This document shows, piece after piece, positions 41,666 to 49,672 of a stretch of DNA of 64,000 bases. The stretch lies in the IMG/VR virus record IMGVR_UViG_3300028844_006787; one strand, 5' to 3'. The notes below the pieces were generated by a model that had not been told where the DNA came from, ran no database searches, and saw nothing but the letters and a program-made list of their open reading frames with translations. A program made the position numbers and the translations under genes. Within the stretch, counting starts at the first letter, position 1. The number at the start of each line of letters is the position of its first letter. The DNA is from a virus (lineage: Duplodnaviria > Caudoviricetes).

Positions 41666-42253
41666 TTACTGGTAGTGGTTTGAAGATGAAGCACCACGAA
41701 TTCTATTGAGTTCTTCTTGTGCCCTGCGTTCACGTTCGTTGTAACTTTCAAGTGCTTGACGACGTTGTTCTACAATTCGTTGACGTTCGATTTCACGTTG
41801 CAATTCTTGCTCACGTTGCTCTGCTCGTTGACGAGCAAGCACTAGTTCATCGGTGGGATTTGCTCCACCAAAATTTGTATTATTGGTATGAACAGGAAGA
41901 TTGCTTAAATAACGTTGACGTTTTTGTTCTTGAGCAATACGAACTCTTTCTTGTTCTTTGCGTTGAAGTTCTGCTCTCCATGCTTGCTCTCTACGAATTT
42001 CTTCTTGTCGTTGATGTTCGTATTCTGAATCAGTTCCTTTTCCAATTCGGTTTCCCATAAGTCCACCGAGAATCGTTCCGATAATGATTCCTTCTTTTTG
42101 CTTTCCATGTTGATGTCCAACGACACCACCAAGAGTGCCTCCGAGAATTACACCTTTAACGGTTCCTTTTCCTTGATTTTCTCCCCAACCACCTGCAAAC
42201 GCAGATTGAATAGAGATTAAACTTGCGAGTAATAGTAGGGTTATATTTTTCAT
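41666..42253 (-). CDS. Secreted glycine-zipper (2TM-type) protein with coiled-coil tail
   Basis: Signal peptide (MKNITLLLLASLISIQSAFA), GxxxG repeats, E/Q/R-rich helix. Confidence 0.75.
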   Translation of the reverse strand: MKNITLLLLASLISIQSAFAGGWGENQGKGTVKGVILGGTLGGVVGHQHGKQKEGIIIGTILGGLMGNRIGKGTDSEYEHQRQEEIRREQAWRAELQRKEQERVRIAQEQKRQRYLSNLPVHTNNTNFGGANPTDELVLARQRAEQREQELQREIERQRIVEQRRQALESYNERERRAQEELNRIRGASSSNHYQ

Positions 42254-42299
42254 TTTTTTTAGTATTTTGATTTGTTAGTTTATCTGATTTTGAATTCTT

Positions 42300-42328
42300 A
42301 TAATAAAGTCAATTTTGCAAAAAGTCAA
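42300..42328 (-). promoter_or_regulatory. sigma70-type promoter
   Basis: TTGACT-N17-TATTAT. Confidence 0.6.
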
Positions 42329-42350
42329 GAAAAAATTTAATTTAGTAGAA

Positions 42351-43232
42351 TTATGCAAAACTAATATTAAATAGTTCAGTAAGTTCTTCAAGATTCATTT
42401 GATGTTTGGTTTTAGCAACAAATCCGTTTTTATGAGCAAATAACACGTCTTTGTGACCATCTAACTTGGAAAAGTCTATTTTATCCGAATCGTTCAACCG
42501 ATATAAACACAATCCGTCTCCTCGGTCATCGTTAGTCACGGTAGCAATCGCATCAGGATATTTTTCCGAAACAAAAGTATTTAAAGCATAGCTTGGATCA
42601 TCGATTCCTGATATTCCACGTGATAAAACAATTTGATGGCCATTTATATTCACACACTCTGCTTCGTTTTTTAGAATCTGCCATCGTTCGGTAAACATTT
42701 CAAGATTACGAATTAATAATGCTCCGATTTGTGTCATACTTGAAATCATAAAATTATACGAAGAAGCATCATCGTTATCTAGTTTAGAAAACATAAATAA
42801 TATTGCTTCTTCAATGGGACTGAATGTTAAATCCGAAATGTCACTCCAATTCACATTAATTTCATTTGCAACATAATAGGGTCCCTTGCTATCAAATTTT
42901 TCAGTGGAATCTAACCAACGAAATCCACGAAATGCCTGAGTGTAAATTCCAAAGTCGGTAAGAATAAGTGTAATAGAACACATAGGATCATAATCTCGTT
43001 CAAACTGATGATGATCGAAATTACTATACGAAGGATCATGCACACCACCTATATCAATTACCACAACATTTTTATCTGATAATTCTTCTTGAGTTGGATC
43101 TCTACGTACAACAATCGGTGTGTTATCTGCTTCTGCACACATAGCAAGAACAAAACTTACCGACAAAAAATCATCACGATGGGCTGCTCCACCATGAGTA
43201 ACGATTTTTGTTATATTCTTAAAATCTAGCAT
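42351..43232 (-). CDS. MYG1/UPF0160-family (DHH superfamily) nuclease/phosphoesterase
   Basis: THxxxxHxDD, DIGG, FDHHQ, FAHKNGF motifs. Confidence 0.8.
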   Translation of the reverse strand: MLDFKNITKIVTHGGAAHRDDFLSVSFVLAMCAEADNTPIVVRRDPTQEELSDKNVVVIDIGGVHDPSYSNFDHHQFERDYDPMCSITLILTDFGIYTQAFRGFRWLDSTEKFDSKGPYYVANEINVNWSDISDLTFSPIEEAILFMFSKLDNDDASSYNFMISSMTQIGALLIRNLEMFTERWQILKNEAECVNINGHQIVLSRGISGIDDPSYALNTFVSEKYPDAIATVTNDDRGDGLCLYRLNDSDKIDFSKLDGHKDVLFAHKNGFVAKTKHQMNLEELTELFNISFA

Positions 43233-43468
43233 AAAGCAGTGGTGGACCCGGCAGGATTTGAACCTGCGACCAAAGGATTATGAGTCCCCTGCTCTAACCA
43301 CTGAGCTACGGGTCCCTGAATTGCATCGTTGATTTTAGTTTGCATAATACGATGAAATTCTATTCTACTATGAATATTATTGTCAATAGCATTTTGCAAA
43401 TGCACTTCGTTGTCGTATGCAATAGTCAGAATTTCTTCTGTTGTTAAATTAAGTGTGTGATTGTTCAT
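43226..43468 (-). CDS. Hypothetical protein whose frame runs through the tRNA
   Basis: 80 aa ORF; first ~50 codons look like normal coding sequence, last ~28 are tRNA sequence. Confidence 0.4.
   Translation of the reverse strand: MNNHTLNLTTEEILTIAYDNEVHLQNAIDNNIHSRIEFHRIMQTKINDAIQGPVAQWLEQGTHNPLVAGSNPAGSTTALC
43240..43315 (-). tRNA. tRNA-Ile2 (anticodon CAT, lysidine type), CCA encoded
   Basis: GGACCCG TA GCTCAGTGGTTAGAGC A GGGGA CTCATAA TCCTT TGGTC GCAGG TTCAAAT CCTGC CGGGTCC ACCA; 76 nt; resembles bacterial ileX and lacks initiator features. Confidence 0.9.
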
Positions 43469-43512
43469 GTGTAAATATACGCATTAAAGATTTACCAAAT
43501 CAATAAGGGCTA

Positions 43513-43698
43513 TCATCCTTGTTCTTGGGTTATTGAACAATGCGTGGAAAGATTTTGTGAGTTGTGGATTTTATCCAATTCGTTTTCCAATTCCGTTTGC
43601 TCAAAAGATAAACGAAGAAGTTCTTGGAGTTCAAAATGAGCATCTTCATTTTCTTCAGGTGAAATTTTTGCGAAATCTATAATATCGTTTTCTCTCAT
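43513..43698 (-). CDS. Small acidic hypothetical protein
   Basis: 61 aa; ATG 9 nt downstream of a -10 box. Confidence 0.55.
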   Translation of the reverse strand: MRENDIIDFAKISPEENEDAHFELQELLRLSFEQTELENELDKIHNSQNLSTHCSITQEQG

Positions 43699-43707
43699 TA
43701 TGGTTAT

Positions 43708-43736
43708 ATACTAGCAAATAAATTATAAAAAGTCAA
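43708..43736 (-). promoter_or_regulatory. sigma70-type promoter
   Basis: TTGACT-N17-TAGTAT; spacer resembles those at 2803 and 40074. Confidence 0.7.
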
Positions 43737-43754
43737 CCCCTAAATTCAATTTAT

Positions 43755-43790
43755 AAAAAGAAAGTGAGCAGGAAACTGATTCCTGCTCAC
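43755..43790 (-). terminator. Rho-independent terminator after galE
   Basis: GTGAGCAGGAA-TCAGT-TTCCTGCTCAC then TTTCTTTT. Confidence 0.75.
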
Positions 43791-43828
43791 CCATGTGACC
43801 AATGATCGGCAGCGACCCAATCTAAATT

Positions 43829-44845
43829 CTATTTATTATTATTCTGCTCCCACTTCCATGCAGAGATAACCATTTCTTTTAATCCCAATTCACATTTCCA
43901 ATTCAATTCAGAATAAGCATAATCTGCATTTGCATATGCACTTGTAACGTCTCCACTACGTCTTTCACCAAACTTTACATTTAATATTACATCGTTGTAT
44001 TCTTCAAAAGCATTTAATACTTCTTTAACTGTGTATCCGTTGCCAGTTCCAAGATTAATTGGTTCTGATGTATAATCTTTTTTATTACTTGCTTTTAATG
44101 CACATACGTGTGCTTTTGCAAGATCCACAACATGAATATAATCACGAACGCAAGTTCCATCTTTTGTATCGTAATCTGTTCCGAATACAGTAAGTTGTTC
44201 TCGTTTTCCAATTGCAGTTTGAGTAATATAAGGAATCAAATTATCAGGTATTCCGTTTGGTAGTTCTCCGATTTCTGCTGAACTATGTGATCCGATAGGA
44301 TTAAAGTATCTTAATAATATACTACTAAAATTATATTCCGCATGAAAATCTTTTATCATTTGTTCGCATATCTGCTTGGTACGACCATATACACTTTCCG
44401 CAGGTTTAATAGGTGTTTTCTCGGTAATAGGCAATTCATCTGCTTGACCATACACCGTGCAACTACTACTGAATATTAAATTACCGATATTGTATTTTTT
44501 CATTGCACGAAGCAAATTCAAAGTACCATTAACATTATTATCATAATACTTATCAGGTTTGCTCATGCTTTCACCAACACTTTTGCAGGCCGCAAAATGA
44601 ATTACCGCAGTTGCTGATTCCTGATAATATCCAATTATCTCTTCAAGTGCATCGTAATTACGTATATCAATATTACAAAAATGAATGCCTTTTTTAGTAA
44701 TTGCACGAATTCCATCAATTACACTTTCACTTGAATTAGATAAATTATCAATTACAACAACATCATAATCTTCATTTAATAATTCAACAACTGTGTGACT
44801 TCCTATATAACCAAGTCCACCTGTTACAATAATTGTTTGCTTCAT
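43829..44845 (-). CDS. galE: UDP-glucose 4-epimerase
   Basis: TGGLGYIGSH, HFAA, FSSSCTVYG, YGRTK, LRYFNP, DGTCVRDYIHV. Confidence 0.95.
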   Translation of the reverse strand: MKQTIIVTGGLGYIGSHTVVELLNEDYDVVVIDNLSNSSESVIDGIRAITKKGIHFCNIDIRNYDALEEIIGYYQESATAVIHFAACKSVGESMSKPDKYYDNNVNGTLNLLRAMKKYNIGNLIFSSSCTVYGQADELPITEKTPIKPAESVYGRTKQICEQMIKDFHAEYNFSSILLRYFNPIGSHSSAEIGELPNGIPDNLIPYITQTAIGKREQLTVFGTDYDTKDGTCVRDYIHVVDLAKAHVCALKASNKKDYTSEPINLGTGNGYTVKEVLNAFEEYNDVILNVKFGERRSGDVTSAYANADYAYSELNWKCELGLKEMVISAWKWEQNNNK

Positions 44846-46134
44846 TTAATCATTCCAGCCGCAACCGTTTCGTGCGTTTGTGGATCAATCAAAATAAAAC
44901 TTCCATTTGCACGATTTTCTTCGTATGAATCTACACACATTGGTTTACTTGTTTTTAAACTTATTCTTGCAATATCGTTTAATCCAATACTCATATTTTG
45001 GTCTTCTGCTTTACTAAAAGTATTTACATCAAGTGTATAAATCTTTTTGGTAATCATAGCAGTTACTTCGTTACTATTGTGTTTTAATAAATACTTTTTT
45101 CGTGGAAGCATTTTCTCTTCAGACATCCAACAAATCATTGCATCAGATGTTTGAGTAGTTTTTGGTAAATTATCAACACGAACAATTGTATCACCTCGTC
45201 CTGCATCTATATCATCCTCAAGTTCAAGAACAACACTCGCAGGAGTGCAGGCTTCTTTTAACTCAGTTTTATATAAATGAATTTTCTTTACACGAGTTTC
45301 AAATCCACTTGGTTGAATACTAACTTTTTGACCTACCTCAAAACGACCACTTAATATTTTACCTGCATATCCACGAAAATCATGAAATTTATCACTATGT
45401 GGACGAATTACTGTTTGAATATCAAATCGTGCATCTACTAAATTATTATCACTAAAAATTTCAATATTCTCAAGCATTTGAAGTAAATTACCACCTTTAT
45501 ACCATTTCATTTTTTGTGACTTTGTAGTTACATTATCACCTTTTAATGCTGATATAGGAATAAAACGAATATCACTGCTTCGTAGTTTTACACTGAACTT
45601 CTTTAAATCTTCTTTAATTTTATTAAACTTTGCTTGATCATAATCTATTAAATCCATTTTATTTACCGCATAAATAACATGAGGTATTTTCAATAAACTT
45701 GCAATAAACGAATGTCGTCTAGTTTGTTCAGAAATTCCTTTACGAGCATCCACCAAAATAATAGCAACATTGCTTTTACTTGCTCCTGTTACCATATTAC
45801 GAGTATATTGAATATGTCCAGGTGTATCTGCTATAATAAATTTACGATTTGTGGTATTAAAATAACGATACGCAACATCAATTGTAATTCCTTGCTCTCG
45901 TTCACTTTTAAGACCATCTGTAAGATACGCAAGATTTACATCTTCTTCACCTTTCTTTTTACTTGTCGCACGAATTGCTTCATATTGATCTTTCATAACA
46001 CTTTTTGTATCATAAAGCAAACGACCAATTAATGTACTTTTTCCATCATCAACACTTCCTGCAGTTGATAATCTTAATAGTTCGTTATTTTGAAGTTTAT
46101 CAACATTCTTTTGAGTTTTTTTATCGTCTCCCAT
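44842..46134 (-). CDS. cysN: Sulfate adenylyltransferase subunit 1 (GTPase)
   Basis: GSVDDGKSTLIGRLL, EREQGITIDVAYRYF, IADTPGH, VNKMD, ISAL, GSFILID. Confidence 0.95.
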   Translation of the reverse strand: MGDDKKTQKNVDKLQNNELLRLSTAGSVDDGKSTLIGRLLYDTKSVMKDQYEAIRATSKKKGEEDVNLAYLTDGLKSEREQGITIDVAYRYFNTTNRKFIIADTPGHIQYTRNMVTGASKSNVAIILVDARKGISEQTRRHSFIASLLKIPHVIYAVNKMDLIDYDQAKFNKIKEDLKKFSVKLRSSDIRFIPISALKGDNVTTKSQKMKWYKGGNLLQMLENIEIFSDNNLVDARFDIQTVIRPHSDKFHDFRGYAGKILSGRFEVGQKVSIQPSGFETRVKKIHLYKTELKEACTPASVVLELEDDIDAGRGDTIVRVDNLPKTTQTSDAMICWMSEEKMLPRKKYLLKHNSNEVTAMITKKIYTLDVNTFSKAEDQNMSIGLNDIARISLKTSKPMCVDSYEENRANGSFILIDPQTHETVAAGMIK

Positions 46135-46145
46135 CGTTTTTATCC

Positions 46146-47051
46146 TTAGAAATATCCTTGTTGTTTACGGTCTTCCATGCTTGTTTCTGACTTTTTATCG
46201 TCACCACGTGTTCCTCTTTCGGTGGTTGTTGCACTTGCAACTTCTGCAATAATATCATCAATATTATCTGCGGTACTTTCACAAGCACCTGTGCAAGTAA
46301 CATCACCAACTGAACGAAATCTAACTGTTTTTTCTACAACTTTCTCACCTTTTTTAAGTTGAACATAATCAGCATGAGCATACCAAATTCCATCACGTTG
46401 ATAACATTTTCTTTTATGAGAAAAATACAAGTTTGGTAAAGGAATATTTTCTTGCTTAATATAAGTCCATACATCAAGTTCAGTCCAATTACTAATTGGA
46501 AAAATTCTAAAATGTTCATCTGCGGATTTTTTTCCGTTGTATAAATCCCAAATTTCCGGTCTTTGATTTTTTGGGTCCCATTGACCAAAGTCGTCACGAT
46601 GCGAAAAGAAACGTTCTTTTGCTCTTGCTTTTTCTTCGTCTCGTCTTGCACCACCGATACAACCATCAAATTTGTGTTGCTCAATTGCATCAAGAAGCAC
46701 AGGAATCTGAAGTTCATTCCGTGTAGCACCGATACCAGTTTCATCTTGAACTAATCCTTCTTTAATCGCATCTTCAACTTTGCGATCAAATAACTTAAAT
46801 TTGTATTTTTCCATGACTTCGTCACGGAATTTCATTACCTCGGGAAAATTGTGTCCTGTGTCTACATGAAGTGCCACAAACGGAGAATTTGCAGGATAAA
46901 ATGCCTTCGCAATTAAATGAAGACAAACTAAACTATCTTTACCACCACTAAATAATAAAGCAGTATTTGGCATCTGTGCAAATGCTTCTCGCAATACATA
47001 TATGCTTTCTGCTTCCAGTTGTTCTAAATGAGTTAAATTACATGATTCCAT
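46146..47051 (-). CDS. cysD: Sulfate adenylyltransferase subunit 2
   Basis: LEAESI, FSGGKDS, HVDTG, GGARRDEEKARAKER, WDPKNQRPE, MEDRKQQGYF. Confidence 0.95.
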   Translation of the reverse strand: MESCNLTHLEQLEAESIYVLREAFAQMPNTALLFSGGKDSLVCLHLIAKAFYPANSPFVALHVDTGHNFPEVMKFRDEVMEKYKFKLFDRKVEDAIKEGLVQDETGIGATRNELQIPVLLDAIEQHKFDGCIGGARRDEEKARAKERFFSHRDDFGQWDPKNQRPEIWDLYNGKKSADEHFRIFPISNWTELDVWTYIKQENIPLPNLYFSHKRKCYQRDGIWYAHADYVQLKKGEKVVEKTVRFRSVGDVTCTGACESTADNIDDIIAEVASATTTERGTRGDDKKSETSMEDRKQQGYF

Positions 47052-47080
47052 TGTTATAATAAATATTAAAAAAAGTCAAA

Positions 47081-47650
47081 TTATACGGGTTGATTAAGTA
47101 TAAAATTAAATAAAATGTTTGCAGAGTATTCAATGCTACGATTACTTGTTCGTATTATTAAATCAGGATCACTCGGAGTTTCAAACATACTCAATGATTT
47201 ATTCATTGAATCTTTGTTATTTTGATATAATCCTTTTACGTCTCGTTTTATTACATCTTCTGCGGTTGCATGAATATAAATTAATTTAAATCTATCACCA
47301 ATTATATTTTTTGCATAATTCCGCATATTTTCAGTTGGAGATATAAAACTACCAATCACAGATGTTCCATTCTCAAGAAATAATTTAGCAACTTCAGCAC
47401 TTCTACGAATATTTTCTTTTCTACTTTCCACAGATAAATCTAAATCTGAATTTAATGTGCTTCGTATATTATCTCCGTCTATGCATTTTACCGCAAAGTT
47501 TTCTTTGTATAATAAAGACTCGGTTGCTTTTGCTATTGTGGTTTTTCCACTTCCACTGTTACCAACCAACCAAAAAACATATGCTTTTCTTTTTCTAAGT
47601 TTTTCGTATTCAGTTTGACTTAGAAAATTTGTTGGAAAGATTTTATCCAT
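47081..47650 (-). CDS. cysC: Adenylyl-sulfate (APS) kinase
   Basis: GNSGSGKTT P-loop, DGDNIR, RKENIRR, FISP, RDVKGLY. Confidence 0.92.
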   Translation of the reverse strand: MDKIFPTNFLSQTEYEKLRKRKAYVFWLVGNSGSGKTTIAKATESLLYKENFAVKCIDGDNIRSTLNSDLDLSVESRKENIRRSAEVAKLFLENGTSVIGSFISPTENMRNYAKNIIGDRFKLIYIHATAEDVIKRDVKGLYQNNKDSMNKSLSMFETPSDPDLIIRTSNRSIEYSANILFNFILNQPV

Positions 47651-47655
47651 TGATA

Positions 47656-48261
47656 TTATTTACCTTCCAATTTTTTAATTCGTTCTTCAAGTTCCTTGCA
47701 ACGTTTCTTGATTGCATTTTGTTTTTTCTCTAGTTTTGTTTCAAGTTTTGATAATCTTTTTTCTTTGTTTAAACTTTGTTTATTAAGAGTATCTACACTT
47801 TCTTTCATATCCGAAACTTTTACTGCACTTGCAATTTCACGTGCTTTTCTGAGTTCACCAATATCCTTTGACAGATGTGTTAATTTTAAATCAATTTGAT
47901 TTGTTACATCACTCTCTGAATCAATTGTGTTACTTAATCTTTCTCGTTGATGCGAAACTTTATCTTCCATTAAAGATAACATTTTATTCATTTCCTTGAA
48001 TCGTTTTTGCATTTGCTCATCTGCTTCACTATCAGTCTTTACATAGTTTTTAACATAATCACGTTGCCACTCTACTTGTTCTTTAACAAGTTTTACAACA
48101 TTTTCAAGTTCAGCATATTTTAAATGCAATTCTACACTTACTTTATCTTCTTTTTTTAAGACTTTTTTGATATTATCTTTTTGCCATTGAACTTGGTCAT
48201 CAAGTAAATCAAGTGATTTTTCAAATGCACTTAATCTTTGGTTTACTTCTTTTTCATCCAT
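47656..48261 (-). CDS. Coiled-coil protein with internal ~39-aa repeats
   Basis: DQVQWQKD / EQVEWQRD / DKVSHQRE periodicity; GGAGA RBS. Confidence 0.7.
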   Translation of the reverse strand: MDEKEVNQRLSAFEKSLDLLDDQVQWQKDNIKKVLKKEDKVSVELHLKYAELENVVKLVKEQVEWQRDYVKNYVKTDSEADEQMQKRFKEMNKMLSLMEDKVSHQRERLSNTIDSESDVTNQIDLKLTHLSKDIGELRKAREIASAVKVSDMKESVDTLNKQSLNKEKRLSKLETKLEKKQNAIKKRCKELEERIKKLEGK

Positions 48262-48287
48262 TTTTATATCTCCGTATTTAAATATTA

Positions 48288-49610
48288 TTATTTACTATTT
48301 TTCTCAAGTTCAAATTTTTTATCCCAATCAACCGTTCCATCTTCATTTATATAAGGTGGTTGTGGAACATCTACTTTATTCATGCTAAAATATGCAATCA
48401 CTCCACCGATTAACGCAAGTGCAACAACACCCAAAACAATAAAAAGTGTATTCTTCTTCTTTTTAGGTTTTTCAACTACGGGTGGTTTTTCTTCCACAGG
48501 TTCTTCAACAGGTGGTTTTTCTTCCACAGGTTCTTCAACAGGTGGTTTCTCATCCACAGGTTCTTCAACAGGTGGTTTCTCGTCCACAGGTTCTTCAACA
48601 GGTGGTTCTTCTTTAACTGGTGTAGGAGTAGGAGTTGGTGTAGGAGTTGGTGTTGGTGTTGGAGTTGGAGTTGGCATAGGTAAATCTTTCATTAGTTTCT
48701 CTATATCTACTACCCCGTATCCCCACGACCAATCTCTTCCAACTATTCCTTTATCGTGTGTGTATTTAAGAAGATGCTCACGAATTTGTGCGACTGTTTT
48801 ACAATCATTCATACCCGTTGCTTTTTCTTGTTTACGATGCTTTGCAAGCATCAAACAAATAACACCTGTAATAAATGGACAAGCCATACTTGTTCCACTT
48901 AAACTAGCATATCCTTCGTTAAGATATGTACTATAAATATTTACTCCAGGTGCAGCCCACTCTACTCTTGGTCCTAATGAAGAGAATCTTGCTATTTTTC
49001 CGTTTTTATCATATGCAGCTATTGCAATAGTCTCAGAATAAGCAGCTGGATATCCAACTCCACCAAGTCCACTATTTCCAGCTGCACATACTACAGGAAT
49101 ATTCATTTCGTATAATTTCTTGATACGGTCGTGCATTTGCTTATTTGCAGTTGGTCCACCTAAACTCATGCTTACAACATCAGGTTTCATTTCAATTGCA
49201 TAATCAAGAGCATCGCATAATCCTGCGTAACTACCACTTCCATTTTTTGCAAGTGCTTTTACAGAAATGCATTTTGCTTCAGGTGCAACTCCAACCATTC
49301 CGATTCCGTTGTCTTTCGCACAAATAATTCCTGTGCAGTGAGAGTGATGCCCATTTTCATCTTCTATGGGTTCACCTTTTATGCAGTTTTTACCAGGTAT
49401 CGCATTATCACCAATATCTGGATGCACAGGGTGTCCTGTGTCAATTACCATTGCAGTTATTCCTTCACCTTTTGTGATGCTCCATGTTGCAGGAACATTT
49501 AACTGCTTTAATCCCCAATCAATTCTTTGACTCAATGAACTTAACTCTTCATTAATTTCATATTCTGGTAATGTTGTTTTTACTTTTTCAAATCTGCGTC
49601 TTCTTTTCAT
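48288..49610 (-). CDS. S8 subtilisin-like serine protease with Pro-rich linker and C-terminal TM anchor
   Basis: IDTG, DENGHHSHCTG, AAGN, GTSMACP; (PT)n and PPVEEPV[DE]EK repeats; KKKK then hydrophobic helix. Confidence 0.9.
   Translation of the reverse strand: MKRRRRFEKVKTTLPEYEINEELSSLSQRIDWGLKQLNVPATWSITKGEGITAMVIDTGHPVHPDIGDNAIPGKNCIKGEPIEDENGHHSHCTGIICAKDNGIGMVGVAPEAKCISVKALAKNGSGSYAGLCDALDYAIEMKPDVVSMSLGGPTANKQMHDRIKKLYEMNIPVVCAAGNSGLGGVGYPAAYSETIAIAAYDKNGKIARFSSLGPRVEWAAPGVNIYSTYLNEGYASLSGTSMACPFITGVICLMLAKHRKQEKATGMNDCKTVAQIREHLLKYTHDKGIVGRDWSWGYGVVDIEKLMKDLPMPTPTPTPTPTPTPTPTPTPVKEEPPVEEPVDEKPPVEEPVDEKPPVEEPVEEKPPVEEPVEEKPPVVEKPKKKKNTLFIVLGVVALALIGGVIAYFSMNKVDVPQPPYINEDGTVDWDKKFELEKNSK
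48481..48674. repeat. Coding tandem repeats: 4+ x 30 bp then degenerate 6-bp (Pro-Thr) units
   Basis: ggtggtttYYNNtccacaggttcttcaaca units from 48481; ggWgtW units at ~48618-48674. Confidence 0.9.
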
Positions 49611-49623
49611 TATATTTTTCCGT

Positions 49624-49657
49624 AAATAAAACGGGGAGGATTTCTCCTCCCCGTTTT
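49624..49657 (-). terminator. Rho-independent terminator after tail fibre gene
   Basis: AAAACGGGGAGGA-GAAA-TCCTCCCCGTTTT-ATTT. Confidence 0.85.
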
Positions 49658-49672
49658 ATAATAATACCAACC

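Noticed and set aside
43240-43315. tRNA-Met/fMet, or an attachment site
   Set aside because: It has a paired G1-C72, lacks the three G-C anticodon-stem pairs of initiators and resembles ileX; no integrase or duplicated 3' end was seen
47051-47079. sigma70 promoter before cysD
   Set aside because: TTGACT is present, but the best -10 is at 15-nt spacing or collides with the ATG, so it was not called
48481-48608. CRISPR array
   Set aside because: The 30-bp units are contiguous with no spacers and encode an in-frame peptide repeat
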